Assembly: GCF_009914755.1 (NCBI RefSeq)
Contig: NC_060941.1
DNA length: 64,000 bases
From: the human T2T-CHM13v2.0 reference genome, Homo sapiens
Direction: 5' to 3' (one strand)
Shown here: positions 26,501 through 41,500 of the stretch, piece after piece
Position numbering within the stretch: the stretch's first letter is position 1
How the letters are laid out: each line of letters begins with the position of its first letter
Program-made: the position numbers and the translations under genes
The notes under the pieces: generated by a model
Seen by the model: the letters and a program-made list of their open reading frames with translations, nothing else
Told to the model about the DNA's origin: nothing
The model's database searches: none

Positions 26501-29500
26501 AAACTAAACAGAAGCATTCTCAGAAACTTCTCTGTGATGTTTGTGTTCAACTCCCAGAGTTTCACATTGCTTTTCATAGAGTAGTTCTGAAACATGCTTT
26601 TCGTAGTGTCTACAAGTGGACATTTGGAGCGCTTTCAGGCCTGTGGTGGAAAACGAATTATGGTCACATAAAAACTGGAGAGAAGCATTGTCAGAAACTT
26701 CTTTGTGATGATTGCATTCAACTCACAGAGTTGAAGGTTCCTTTTCAAAGAGCAGTTTCCAATCACTCTTTGTGTGGAATCTGCAAGTGGATATTTGGAC
26801 CTATTTTGAAGATTTCGTTGGAAACGGGAGAATCTTCACAGGAAAGCTAAACAGAAGCATTCTCAGAAACTTCTTTGTGATGCTTGCATTCAACTCACAG
26901 AGTTGAACTTTCCTTTCGAGAGAGAAGCTTTGAAACACTCTTTTTCCAGAATCTGCAAGTGGACATTTGGAGGGCTTTGAGGCCTGTGGTGGAAAAGGAA
27001 TTATCTTCCCGTAAAAGCTAGATAGAAGCATTCTCAGAAACTACTTTGTGATGATTGCATTCAAGTCACAGAGTTGAACATTCCCTTTGACAGAGCAGTT
27101 TGGAAACTCTCTTTGTGTAGAATCTGCAAGTGGAGATATGGACCGCTTTGAGGCCTATGGTAGTAAAGGAAATAGCTTCATATAAAAGCTAGACAGTAGC
27201 ATTCACAGAAAACTCTTGGTGACGACTGAGTTTAACTCACAGAGCTGAACATTCCTTTGGATGGAGCAGTTTCGAAACACACTATTTGTAGAATGTGCAA
27301 GTGGATATTTAGGCCTCTCTGAGGATTTCGTTGGAAACGGGATAAACCGCACAGAACTAAACAGAAGCATTCTCAGAACCTTCTTCGTGATGTTTGCATT
27401 CAACTCACAGTGTTGAACCTTTCTTTGATAGTTCAGGTTTGAAACGGTCTTTCTGTAGAAACTGCAAGTAGATATTTGGACCGCTCTGAGGATTTCGTTG
27501 GAAACGGGATAACCCGCACAGAACTAAAACAGAAGCATTCTCAGAACCCTCTTCGTGATGTTTGCATTCAACTCACAGTGCTGAACCTTTCTTTGATAGT
27601 TCAGCTTTGAAACACTCTTTTTGTAGAAACTGCAAGTGGATATTTGGTCCTCTCTGAGCATTTCGTTGGAAACGGGATAAACTGCACAGAACTAAACAGA
27701 AGCATTCTCAGAACCTTCTTCGTGATGTCTGCATTCAACTCACAGTGTGGAACCTTTCTTTGATAGTTCAGGTTTGAAACACTCTTTTTGTAGAAACTGC
27801 AAGGGGATCATTGCACTCTTTGAGGAGTACCGTAGTAAAGGAAATAACTTCCTATAAAAAGAAGACAGAAGCTTTCTCAGAAAATTCTTTGGGATGATTG
27901 AGTTGAACTCACAGAGCTGAGCATTCCTTGCGATGTAGCAGTTTAGAAACACACTTTCTGCAGAATCTGCAAGTGCATATTTGGACCTCTGTGAGGAATT
28001 CGTTGGAAACGGGATAATTTCAGCTGACTAAACAGAAGCAGTCTCAGAATCTTCTTTGTGATGTTTGCATTCAAATCCCCGAGTTGAACTTTCCTTTCAA
28101 AGTTCACGTTTGAAACACTCTTTTTGCAGGATCTACAAGTGGATATTTGGACCACTCTGTGTCCTTCGTTCGAAACGGGTATATCTTCACATGACATCTA
28201 GACAGAAGCATCCTCAGAAGCTTCTCTGTGATGACTGCATTCAACTCACGGAGTTGAACACTCCTTTTGAGAGCGCAGTTTTGAAACTCTCTTTCTGTGG
28301 CATCTGCAAGGGGACATGTAGACCTCTTTGAAGATTTCGTTGGAAACGGAATCATCTTCACATAAAAACTACACAGATGCATTCTCAGGAACTTTTTGGT
28401 GATGTTTGTATTCAACTCCCTGAGTTGAACTTTCCTTTGGAAAGAGCAGCTATGAAACACTCTTTTTCTAGAATCTGCAAGTGGACGTTTGGAGGGCTTT
28501 GTGGTTTGTGGTGGAAAAGGAAATATCTTCACCTAAATACTAGATAGAAGCATTCTCAGAAACTGCTTTGTGATGATTGCATTCACCTCACAGAGTTGAA
28601 CATTCCTATTGATAGAGCAGTTTGGAAACACTCTTGTTGTGGAATGTGCAAGTGGAGATTTGGAGCGCTTTGAGGCCTATGGTAGTAAAGGGAATAGCTT
28701 CATAGAAAAACTAGACAGAAGCATTCTCAGAAAATACTTTGTGATGATTGAGTTTAACTCACAGAGCTGAACATTCCTTTGGATGGAGCAGGTTTGAGAC
28801 ACACTTTTTGTAGAATCTACAAGTGGATATTTGGACCTCTCTGAGGATTTCGTTGGAAACGGGATAACTGCACCTAACTAAACGGAAGCATTCTCAGAAA
28901 CTTCTTGGTGATGTTTGCATTCAAATCCCAGAGTTGAACCTTCCTTTGATAGTTCAGGTTTGAAACACTCTTTTTGTAGGATCTGCAAGTGGATATTTGG
29001 ACCACTCTGTGGCCTTCGTTCGAAACGGGTATATCTTCGCATAAAATCTAGACAGAAGCCTTCTCAGAAACTTCTCTGTGATGATTGCATTCAACTCACA
29101 GAGTTGAACCCTCCTATGGATAGAGCAGTGTTGAAACTCTCTTTTTGTGGAATCTGCAAGTGGATATGTGGACCTCTCCGAAGATGTCTTTGGAAACGGG
29201 AATATCTTCACATAAAAACTAAACAGAAGCATTCTCAGAAACTTCTCTGTGATGTTTGTGTTCAACTCCCAGAGTTTCACATTGCTTTTCATAGAGTAGT
29301 TCTGAAACATGCTTTTCGTAGTGTCTACAAGTGGACATTTGGAGCGCTTTCAGGCCTGTGGTGGAAAACGAATTATGGTCACATAAAAACTGGAGAGAAG
29401 CATTGTCAGAAACTTCTTTGTGATGATTGCATTCAACTCACAGGGTTGAAGGTTCCTTTTCAAAGAGCAGTTTCCAATCACTCTTTGTGTGGAATCTGCA

Positions 29501-32500
29501 AGTGGATATTTGGACCTATTTTGAAGATTTCGTTGGAAACGGGAGAATCTTCACAGGAAAGCTAAACAGAAGCATTCTCAGAAACTTCTTTGTGATGCTT
29601 GCATTCAACTCACAGAGTTGAACTTTCCTTTCGAGAGAGAAGCTTTGAAACACTCTTTTTCCAGAATCTGCAAGTGGACATTTGGAGGGCTTTGAGGCCT
29701 GTGGTGGAAAAGGAATTATCTTCCCGTAAAAGCTAGATAGAAGCATTCTCAGAAACTACTTTGTGATGATTGCATTCAAGTCACAGAGTTGAACATTCCC
29801 TTTGACAGAGCAGTTTGGAAACTCTCTTTGTGTAGAATCTGCAAGTGGAGATATGGACCGCTTTGAGGCCTATGGTAGTAAAGGAAATAGCTTCATATAA
29901 AAGCTAGACAGTAGCATTCACAGAAAACTCTTGGTGACGACTGAGTTTAACTCACAGAGCTGAACATTCCTTTGGATGGAGCAGTTTCGAAACACACTAT
30001 TTGTAGAATGTGCAAGTGGATATTTAGGCCTCTCTGAGGATTTCGTTGGAAACGGGATAAACCGCACAGAACTAAACAGAAGCATTCTCAGAACCTTCTT
30101 CGTGATGTTTGCATTCAACTCACAGTGTTGAACCTTTCTTTGATAGTTCAGGTTTGAAACGGTCTTTCTGTAGAAACTGCAAGTAGATATTTGGACCGCT
30201 CTGAGGATTTCGTTGGAAACGGGATAACCCGCACAGAACTAAAACAGAAGCATTCTCAGAACCCTCTTCGTGATGTTTGCATTCAACTCACAGTGCTGAA
30301 CCTTTCTTTGATAGTTCAGCTTTGAAACACTCTTTTTGTAGAAACTGCAAGTGGATATTTGGTCCTCTCTGAGCATTTCGTTGGAAACGGGATAAACTGC
30401 ACAGAACTAAACAGAAGCATTCTCAGAACCTTCTTCGTGATGTCTGCATTCAACTCACAGTGTGGAACCTTTCTTTGATAGTTCAGGTTTGAAACACTCT
30501 TTTTGTAGAAACTGCAAGGGGATCATTGCACTCTTTGAGGAGTACCGTAGTAAAGGAAATAACTTCCTATAAAAAGAAGACAGAAGCTTTCTCAGAAAAT
30601 TCTTTGGGATGATTGAGTTGAACTCACAGAGCTGAGCATTCCTTGCGATGTAGCAGTTTAGAAACACACTTTCTGCAGAATCTGCAAGTGCATATTTGGA
30701 CCTCTGTGAGGAATTCGTTGGAAACGGGATAATTTCAGCTGACTAAACAGAAGCAGTCTCAGAATCTTCTTTGTGATGTTTGCATTCAAATCCCCGAGTT
30801 GAACTTTCCTTTCAAAGTTCACGTTTGAAACACTCTTTTTGCAGGATCTACAAGTGGATATTTGGACCACTCTGTGTCCTTCGTTCGAAACGGGTATATC
30901 TTCACATGACATCTAGACAGAAGCATCCTCAGAAGCTTCTCTGTGATGACTGCATTCAACTCACGGAGTTGAACACTCCTTTTGAGAGCGCAGTTTTGAA
31001 ACTCTCTTTCTGTGGCATCTGCAAGGGGACATGTAGACCTCTTTGAAGATTTCGTTGGAAACGGAATCATCTTCACATAAAAACTATACAGATGCATTCT
31101 CAGGAACTTTTTGGTGATGTTTGTATTCAACTCCCAGAGTTGAACTTTCCTTTGGAAAGAGCAGCTATGAAACACTCTTTTTCTAGAATCTGCAAGTGGA
31201 CGTTTGGAGGGCTTTGTGGTTTGTGGTGGAAAAGGAAATATCTTCACCTAAATACTAGATAGAAGCATTCTCAGAAACTGCTTTGTGATGATTGCATTCA
31301 CCTCACAGAGTTGAACATTCCTATTGATAGAGCAGTTTGGAAACACTCTTGTTGTGGAATGTGCAAGTGGAGATTTGGAGCGCTTTGAGGCCTATGGTAG
31401 TAAAGGGAATAGCTTCATAGAAAAACTAGACAGAAGCATTCTCAGAAAATACTTTGTGATGATTGAGTTTAACTCACAGAGCTGAACATTCCTTTGGATG
31501 GAGCAGGTTTGAGACACACCTTTTGTAGAATCTACAAGTGGATATTTGGACCTCTCTGAGGATTTCGTTGGAAACGGGATAACTGCACCTAACTAAACGG
31601 AAGCATTCTCAGAAACTTCTTGGTGATGTTTGCATTCAAATCCCAGAGTTGAACCTTCCTTTGATAGTTCAGGTTTGAAACACTCTTTTTGTAGGATCTG
31701 CAAGTGGATATTTGGACCACTCTGTGGCCTTCGTTCGAAACGGGTATATCTTCGCATAAAATCTAGACAGAAGCCTTCTCAGAAACTTCTCTGTGATGAT
31801 TGCATTCAACTCACAGAGTTGAACCCTCCTATGGATAGAGCAGTGTTGAAACTCTCTTTTTGTGGAATCTGCAAGTGGATATGTGGACCTCTCCGAAGAT
31901 GTCTTTGGAAACGGGAATATCTTCACATAAAAACTAAACAGAAGCATTCTCAGAAACTTCTCTGTGATGTTTGTGTTCAACTCCCAGAGTTTCACATTGC
32001 TTTTCATAGAGTAGTTCTGAAACATGCTTTTCGTAGTGTCTACAAGTGGACATTTGGAGCGCTTTCAGGCCTGTGGTGGAAAACGAATTATGGTCACATA
32101 AAAACTGGAGAGAAGCATTGTCAGAAACTTCTTTGTGATGATTGCATTCAACTCACAGAGTTGAAGGTTCCTTTTCAAAGAGCAGTTTCCAATCACTCTT
32201 TGTGTGGAATCTGCAAGTGGATATTTGGACCTATTTTGAAGATTTCGTTGGAAACGGGAGAATCTTCACAGGAAAGCTAAACAGAAGCATTCTCAGAAAC
32301 TTCTTTGTGATGCTTGCATTCAACTCACAGAGTTGAACTTTCCTTTCGAGAGAGAAGCTTTGAAACACTCTTTTTCCAGAATCTGCAAGTGGACATTTGG
32401 AGGGCTTTGAGGCCTGTGGTGGAAAAGGAATTATCTTCCCGTAAAAGCTAGATAGAAGCATTCTCAGAAACTACTTTGTGATGATTGCATTCAAGTCACA

Positions 32501-35500
32501 GAGTTGAACATTCCCTTTGACAGAGCAGTTTGGAAACTCTCTTTGTGTAGAATCTGCAAGTGGAGATATGGACCGCTTTGAGGCCTATGGTAGTAAAGGA
32601 AATAGCTTCATATAAAAGCTAGACAGTAGCATTCACAGAAAACTCTTGGTGACGACTGAGTTTAACTCACAGAGCTGAACATTCCTTTGGATGGAGCAGT
32701 TTCGAAACACACTATTTGTAGAATGTGCAAGTGGATATTTAGGCCTCTCTGAGGATTTCGTTGGAAACGGGATAAACCGCACAGAACTAAACAGAAGCAT
32801 TCTCAGAACCTTCTTCGTGATGTTTGCATTCAACTCACAGTGTTGAACCTTTCTTTGATAGTTCAGGTTTGAAACGGTCTTTCTGTAGAAACTGCAAGTA
32901 GATATTTGGACCTCTCTGAGGATTTCGTTGGAAACGGGATAACCCGCACAGAACTAAAACAGAAGCATTCTCAGAACCCTCTTCGTGATGTTTGCATTCA
33001 ACTCACAGTGCTGAACCTTTCTTTGATAGTTCAGCTTTGAAACACTCTTTTTGTAGAAACTGCAAGTGGATATTTGGTCCTCTCTGAGCATTTCGTTGGA
33101 AACGGGATAAACTGCACAGAACTAAACAGAAGCATTCTCAGAACCTTCTTCGTGATGTCTGCATTCAACTCACAGTGTGGAACCTTTCTTTGATAGTTCA
33201 GGTTTGAAACACTCTTTTTGTAGAAACTGCAAGGGGATAATTGCACTCTTTGAGGAGTACCGTAGTAAAGGAAATAACTTCCTATAAAAAGAAGACAGAA
33301 GCTTTCTCAGAAAATTCTTTGGGATGATTGAGTTGAACTCACAGAGCTGAGCATTCCTTGCGATGTAGCAGTTTAGAAACACACTTTCTGCAGAATCTGC
33401 AAGTGCATATTTGGACCTCTGTGAGGAATTCGTTGGAAACGGGATAATTTCAGCTGACTAAACAGAAGCAGTCTCAGAATCTTCTTTGTGATGTTTGCAT
33501 TCAAATCCCCGAGTTGAACTTTCCTTTCAAAGTTCACGTTTGAAACACTCTTTTTGCAGGATCTACAAGTGGATATTTGGACCACTCTGTGTCCTTCGTT
33601 CGAAACGGGTATATCTTCACATGACATCTAGACAGAAGCATCCTCAGAAGCTTCTCTGTGATGACTGCATTCAACTCACGGAGTTGAACACTCCTTTTGA
33701 GAGCGCAGTTTTGAAACTCTCTTTCTGTGGCATCTGCAAGGGGACATGTAGACCTCTTTGAAGATTTCGTTGGAAACGGAATCATCTTCACATAAAAACT
33801 ATACAGATGCATTCTCAGGAACTTTTTGGTGATGTTTGTATTCAACTCCCAGAGTTGAACTTTCCTTTGGAAAGAGCAGCTATGAAACACTCTTTTTCTA
33901 GAATCTGCAAGTGGACGTTTGGAGGGCTTTGTGGTTTGTGGTGGAAAAGGAAATATCTTCACCTAAATACTAGATAGAAGCATTCTCAGAAACTGCTTTG
34001 TGATGATTGCATTCACCTCACAGAGTTGAACATTCCTATTGATAGAGCAGTTTGGAAACACTCTTGTTGTGGAATGTGCAAGTGGAGATTTGGAGCGCTT
34101 TGAGGCCTATGGTAGTAAAGGGAATAGCTTCATAGAAAAACTAGACAGAAGCATTCTCAGAAAATACTTTGTGATGATTGAGTTTAACTCACAGAGCTGA
34201 ACATTCCTTTGGATGGAGCAGGTTTGAGACACACTTTTTGTAGAATCTACAAGTGGATATTTGGACCTCTCTGAGGATTTCGTTGGAAACGGGATAACTG
34301 CACCTAACTAAACGGAAGCATTCTCAGAAACTTCTTGGTGATGTTTGCATTCAAATCCCAGAGTTGAACCTTCCTTTGATAGTTCAGGTTTGAAACACTC
34401 TTTTTGTAGGATCTGCAAGTGGATATTTGGACCACTCTGTGGCCTTCGTTCGAAACGGGTATATCTTCGCATAAAATCTAGACAGAAGCCTTCTCAGAAA
34501 CTTCTCTGTGATGATTGCATTCAACTCACAGAGTTGAACCCTCCTATGGATAGAGCAGTGTTGAAACTCTCTTTTTGTGGAATCTGCAAGTGGATATGTG
34601 GACCTCTCCGAAGATGTCTTTGGAAACGGGAATATCTTCACATAAAAACTAAACAGAAGCATTCTCAGAAACTTCTCTGTGATGTTTGTGTTCAACTCCC
34701 AGAGTTTCACATTGCTTTTCATAGAGTAGTTCTGAAACATGCTTTTCGTAGTGTCTACAAGTGGACATTTGGAGCGCTTTCAGGCCTGTGGTGGAAAACG
34801 AATTATGGTCACATAAAAACTGGAGAGAAGCATTGTCAGAAACTTCTTTGTGATGATTGCATTCAACTCACAGAGTTGAAGGTTCCTTTTCAAAGAGCAG
34901 TTTCCAATCACTCTTTGTGTGGAATCTGCAAGTGGATATTTGGACCTATTTTGAAGATTTCGTTGGAAACGGGAGAATCTTCACAGGAAAGCTAAACAGA
35001 AGCATTCTCAGAAACTTCTTTGTGATGCTTGCATTCAACTCACAGAGTTGAACTTTCCTTTCGAGAGAGAAGCTTTGAAACACTCTTTTTCCAGAATCTG
35101 CAAGTGGAGATTTGGAGGGCTTTGAGGCCTGTGGTGGAAAAGGAATTATCTTCCCGTAAAAGCTAGATAGAAGCATTCTCAGAAACTACTTTGTGATGAT
35201 TGCATTCAAGTCACAGAGTTGAACATTCCCTTTGACAGAGCAGTTTGGAAACTCTCTTTGTGTAGAATCTGCAAGTGGAGATATGGACCGCTTTGAGGCC
35301 TATGGTAGTAAAGGAAATAGCTTCATATAAAAGCTAGACAGTAGCATTCACAGAAAACTCTTGGTGACGACTGAGTTTAACTCACAGAGCTGAACATTCC
35401 TTTGGATGGAGCAGTTTCGAAACACACTATTTGTACAATGTGCAAGTGGATATTTAGGCCTCTCTGAGGATTTCGTTGGAAACGGGATAAACCGCACAGA

Positions 35501-38500
35501 ACTAAACAGAAGCATTCTCAGAACCTTCTTCGTGATGTTTGCATTCAACTCACAGTGTTGAACCTTTCTTTGATAGTTCAGGTTTGAAACGGTCTTTCTG
35601 TAGAAACTGCAAGTAGATATTTGGACCGCTCTGAGGATTTCGTTGGAAACGGGATAACCCGCACAGAACTAAAACAGAAGCATTCTCAGAACCCTCTTCG
35701 TGATGTTTGCATTCAACTCACAGTGCTGAACCTTTCTTTGATAGTTCAGCTTTGAAACACTCTTTTTGTAGAAACTGCAAGTGGATATTTGGTCCTCTCT
35801 GAGCATTTCGTTGGAAACGGGATAAACTGCACAGAACTAAACAGAAGCATTCTCAGAACCTTCTTCGTGATGTCTGCATTCAACTCACAGTGTGGAACCT
35901 TTCTTTGATAGTTCAGGTTTGAAACACTCTTTTTGTAGAAACTGCAAGGGGATCATTGCACTCTTTGAGGAGTACCGTAGTAAAGGAAATAACTTCCTAT
36001 AAAAAGAAGACAGAAGCTTTCTCAGAAAATTCTTTGGGATGATTGAGTTGAACTCACAGAGCTGAGCATTCCTTGCGATGTAGCAGTTTAGAAACACACT
36101 TTCTGCAGAATCTGCAAGTGCATATTTGGACCTCTGTGAGGAATTCGTTGGAAACGGGATAATTTCAGCTGACTAAACAGAAGCAGTCTCAGAATCTTCT
36201 TTGTGATGTTTGCATTCAAATCCCCGAGTTGAACTTTCCTTTCAAAGTTCACGTTTGAAACACTCTTTTTGCAGGATCTACAAGTGGATATTTGGACCAC
36301 TCTGTGTCCTTCGTTCGAAACGGGTATATCTTCACATGACATCTAGACAGAAGCATCCTCAGAAGCTTCTCTGTGATGACTGCATTCAACTCACGGAGTT
36401 GAACACTCCTTTTGAGAGCGCAGTTTTGAAACTCTCTTTCTGTGGCATCTGCAAGGGGACATGTAGACCTCTTTGAAGATTTCGTTGGAAACGGAATCAT
36501 CTTCACATAAAAACTATACAGATGCATTCTCAGGAACTTTTTGGTGATGTTTGTATTCAACTCCCAGAGTTGAACTTTCCTTTGGAAAGAGCAGCTATGA
36601 AACACTCTTTTTCTAGAATCTGCAAGTGGACGTTTGGAGGGCTTTGTGGTTTGTGGTGGAAAAGGAAATATCTTCACCTAAATACTAGATAGAAGCATTC
36701 TCAGAAACTGCTTTGTGATGATTGCATTCACCTCACAGAGTTGAACATTCCTATTGATAGAGCAGTTTGGAAACACTCTTGTTGTGGAATGTGCAAGTGG
36801 AGATTTGGAGCGCTTTGAGGCCTATGGTAGTAAAGGGAATAGCTTCATAGAAAAACTAGACAGAAGCATTCTCAGAAAATACTTTGTGATGATTGAGTTT
36901 AACTCACAGAGCTGAACATTCCTTTGGATGGAGCAGGTTTGAGACACACCTTTTGTAGAATCTACAAGTGGATATTTGGACCTCTCTGAGGATTTCGTTG
37001 GAAACGGGATAACTGCACCTAACTAAACGGAAGCATTCTCAGAAACTTCTTGGTGATGTTTGCATTCAAATCCCAGAGTTGAACCTTCCTTTGATAGTTC
37101 AGGTTTGAAACACTCTTTTTGTAGGATCTGCAAGTGGATATTTGGACCACTCTGTGGCCTTCGTTCGAAACGGGTATATCTTCGCATAAAATCTAGACAG
37201 AAGCCTTCTCAGAAACTTCTCTGTGATGATTGCATTCAACTCACAGAGTTGAACCCTCCTATGGATAGAGCAGTGTTGAAACTCTCTTTTTGTGGAATCT
37301 GCAAGTGGATATGTGGACCTCTCCGAAGATGTCTTTGGAAACGGGAATATCTTCACATAAAAACTAAACAGAAGCATTCTCAGAAACTTCTCTGTGATGT
37401 TTGTGTTCAACTCCCAGAGTTTCACATTGCTTTTCATAGAGTAGTTCTGAAACATGCTTTTCGTAGTGTCTACAAGTGGACATTTGGAGCGCTTTCAGGC
37501 CTGTGGTGGAAAACGAATTATGGTCACATAAAAACTGGAGAGAAGCATTGTCAGAAACTTCTTTGTGATGATTGCATTCAACTCACAGAGTTGAAGGTTC
37601 CTTTTCAAAGAGCAGTTTCCAATCACTCTTTGTGTGGAATCTGCAAGTGGATATTTGGACCTATTTTGAAGATTTCGTTGGAAACGGGAGAATCTTCACA
37701 GGAAAGCTAAACAGAAGCATTCTCAGAAACTTCTTTGTGATGCTTGCATTCAACTCACAGAGTTGAACTTTCCTTTCGAGAGAGAAGCTTTGAAACACTC
37801 TTTTTCCAGAATCTGCAAGTGGACATTTGGAGGGCTTTGAGGCCTGTGGTGGAAAAGGAATTATCTTCCCGTAAAAGCTAGATAGAAGCATTCTCAGAAA
37901 CTACTTTGTGATGATTGCATTCAAGTCACAGAGTTGAACATTCCCTTTGACAGAGCAGTTTGGAAACTCTCTTTGTGTAGAATCTGCAAGTGGAGATATG
38001 GACCGCTTTGAGGCCTATGGTAGTAAAGGAAATAGCTTCATATAAAAGCTAGACAGTAGCATTCACAGAAAACTCTTGGTGACGACTGAGTTTAACTCAC
38101 AGAGCTGAACATTCCTTTGGATGGAGCAGTTTCGAAACACACTATTTGTAGAATGTGCAAGTGGATATTTAGGCCTCTCTGAGGATTTCGTTGGAAACGG
38201 GATAAACCGCACAGAACTAAACAGAAGCATTCTCAGAACCTTCTTCGTGATGTTTGCATTCAACTCACAGTGTTGAACCTTTCTTTGATAGTTCAGGTTT
38301 GAAACGGTCTTTCTGTAGAAACTGCAAGTAGATATTTGGACCTCTCTGAGGATTTCGTTGGAAACGGGATAACCCGCACAGAACTAAAACAGAAGCATTC
38401 TCAGAACCCTCTTCGTGATGTTTGCATTCAACTCACAGTGCTGAACCTTTCTTTGATAGTTCAGCTTTGAAACACTCTTTTTGTAGAAACTGCAAGTGGA

Positions 38501-41500
38501 TATTTGGTCCTCTCTGAGCATTTCGTTGGAAACGGGATAAACTGCACAGAACTAAACAGAAGCATTCTCAGAACCTTCTTCGTGATGTCTGCATTCAACT
38601 CACAGTGTGGAACCTTTCTTTGATAGTTCAGGTTTGAAACACTCTTTTTGTAGAAACTGCAAGGGGATAATTGCACTCTTTGAGGAGTACCGTAGTAAAG
38701 GAAATAACTTCCTATAAAAAGAAGACAGAAGCTTTCTCAGAAAATTCTTTGGGATGATTGAGTTGAACTCACAGAGCTGAGCATTCCTTGCGATGTAGCA
38801 GTTTAGAAACACACTTTCTGCAGAATCTGCAAGTGCATATTTGGACCTCTGTGAGGAATTCGTTGGAAACGGGATAATTTCAGCTGACTAAACAGAAGCA
38901 GTCTCAGAATCTTCTTTGTGATGTTTGCATTCAAATCCCCGAGTTGAACTTTCCTTTCAAAGTTCACGTTTGAAACACTCTTTTTGCAGGATCTACAAGT
39001 GGATATTTGGACCACTCTGTGTCCTTCGTTCGAAACGGGTATATCTTCACATGACATCTAGACAGAAGCATCCTCAGAAGCTTCTCTGTGATGACTGCAT
39101 TCAACTCACGGAGTTGAACACTCCTTTTGAGAGCGCAGTTTTGAAACTCTCTTTCTGTGGCATCTGCAAGGGGACATGTAGACCTCTTTGAAGATTTCGT
39201 TGGAAACGGAATCATCTTCACATAAAAACTATACAGATGCATTCTCAGGAACTTTTTGGTGATGTTTGTATTCAACTCCCAGAGTTGAACTTTCCTTTGG
39301 AAAGAGCAGCTATGAAACACTCTTTTTCTAGAATCTGCAAGTGGACGTTTGGAGGGCTTTGTGGTTTGTGGTGGAAAAGGAAATATCTTCACCTAAATAC
39401 TAGATAGAAGCATTCTCAGAAACTGCTTTGTGATGATTGCATTCACCTCACAGAGTTGAACATTCCTATTGATAGAGCAGTTTGGAAACACTCTTGTTGT
39501 GGAATGTGCAAGTGGAGATTTGGAGCGCTTTGAGGCCTATGGTAGTAAAGGGAATAGCTTCATAGAAAAACTAGACAGAAGCATTCTCAGAAAATACTTT
39601 GTGATGATTGAGTTTAACTCACAGAGCTGAACATTCCTTTGGATGGAGCAGGTTTGAGACACACTTTTTGTAGAATCTACAAGTGGATATTTGGACCTCT
39701 CTGAGGATTTCGTTGGAAACGGGATAACTGCACCTAACTAAACGGAAGCATTCTCAGAAACTTCTTGGTGATGTTTGCATTCAAATCCCAGAGTTGAACC
39801 TTCCTTTGATAGTTCAGGTTTGAAACACTCTTTTTGTAGGATCTGCAAGTGGATATTTGGACCACTCTGTGGCCTTCGTTCGAAACGGGTATATCTTCGC
39901 ATAAAATCTAGACAGAAGCCTTCTCAGAAACTTCTCTGTGATGATTGCATTCAACTCACAGAGTTGAACCCTCCTATGGATAGAGCAGTGTTGAAACTCT
40001 CTTTTTGTGGAATCTGCAAGTGGATATGTGGACCTCTCCGAAGATGTCTTTGGAAACGGGAATATCTTCACATAAAAACTAAACAGAAGCATTCTCAGAA
40101 ACTTCTCTGTGATGTTTGTGTTCAACTCCCAGAGTTTCACATTGCTTTTCATAGAGTAGTTCTGAAACATGCTTTTCGTAGTGTCTACAAGTGGACATTT
40201 GGAGCGCTTTCAGGCCTGTGGTGGAAAACGAATTATGGTCACATAAAAACTGGAGAGAAGCATTGTCAGAAACTTCTTTGTGATGATTGCATTCAACTCA
40301 CAGAGTTGAAGGTTCCTTTTCAAAGAGCAGTTTCCAATCACTCTTTGTGTGGAATCTGCAAGTGGATATTTGGACCTATTTTGAAGATTTCGTTGGAAAC
40401 GGGAGAATCTTCACAGGAAAGCTAAACAGAAGCATTCTCAGAAACTTCTTTGTGATGCTTGCATTCAACTCACAGAGTTGAACTTTCCTTTCGAGAGAGA
40501 AGCTTTGAAACACTCTTTTTCCAGAATCTGCAAGTGGAGATTTGGAGGGCTTTGAGGCCTGTGGTGGAAAAGGAATTATCTTCCCGTAAAAGCTAGATAG
40601 AAGCATTCTCAGAAACTACTTTGTGATGATTGCATTCAAGTCACAGAGTTGAACATTCCCTTTGACAGAGCAGTTTGGAAACTCTCTTTGTGTAGAATCT
40701 GCAAGTGGAGATATGGACCGCTTTGAGGCCTATGGTAGTAAAGGAAATAGCTTCATATAAAAGCTAGACAGTAGCATTCACAGAAAACTCTTGGTGACGA
40801 CTGAGTTTAACTCACAGAGCTGAACATTCCTTTGGATGGAGCAGTTTCGAAACACACTATTTGTACAATGTGCAAGTGGATATTTAGGCCTCTCTGAGGA
40901 TTTCGTTGGAAACGGGATAAACCGCACAGAACTAAACAGAAGCATTCTCAGAACCTTCTTCGTGATGTTTGCATTCAACTCACAGTGTTGAACCTTTCTT
41001 TGATAGTTCAGGTTTGAAACGGTCTTTCTGTAGAAACTGCAAGTAGATATTTGGACCTCTCTGAGGATTTCGTTGGAAACGGGATAACCCGCACAGAACT
41101 AAAACAGAAGCATTCTCAGAACCCTCTTCGTGATGTTTGCATTCAACTCACAGTGCTGAACCTTTCTTTGATAGTTCAGCTTTGAAACACTCTTTTTGTA
41201 GAAACTGCAAGTGGATATTTGGTCCTCTCTGAGGATTTCGTTGGAAACGGGATAAACTGCACAGAACTAAACAGAAGCATTCTCAGAACCTTCTTCGTGA
41301 TGTCTGCATTCAACTCACAGTGTGGAACCTTTCTTTGATAGTTCAGGTTTGAAACACTCTTTCTGTAGAAACTGCAAGGGGATAATTGCACTCTTTGAGG
41401 AGTACCGTAGTAAAGGAAATAACTTCCTATAAAAAGAAGACAGAAGCTTTCTCAGAAAATTCTTTGGGATGATTGAGTTGAACTCACAGAGCTGAGCATT

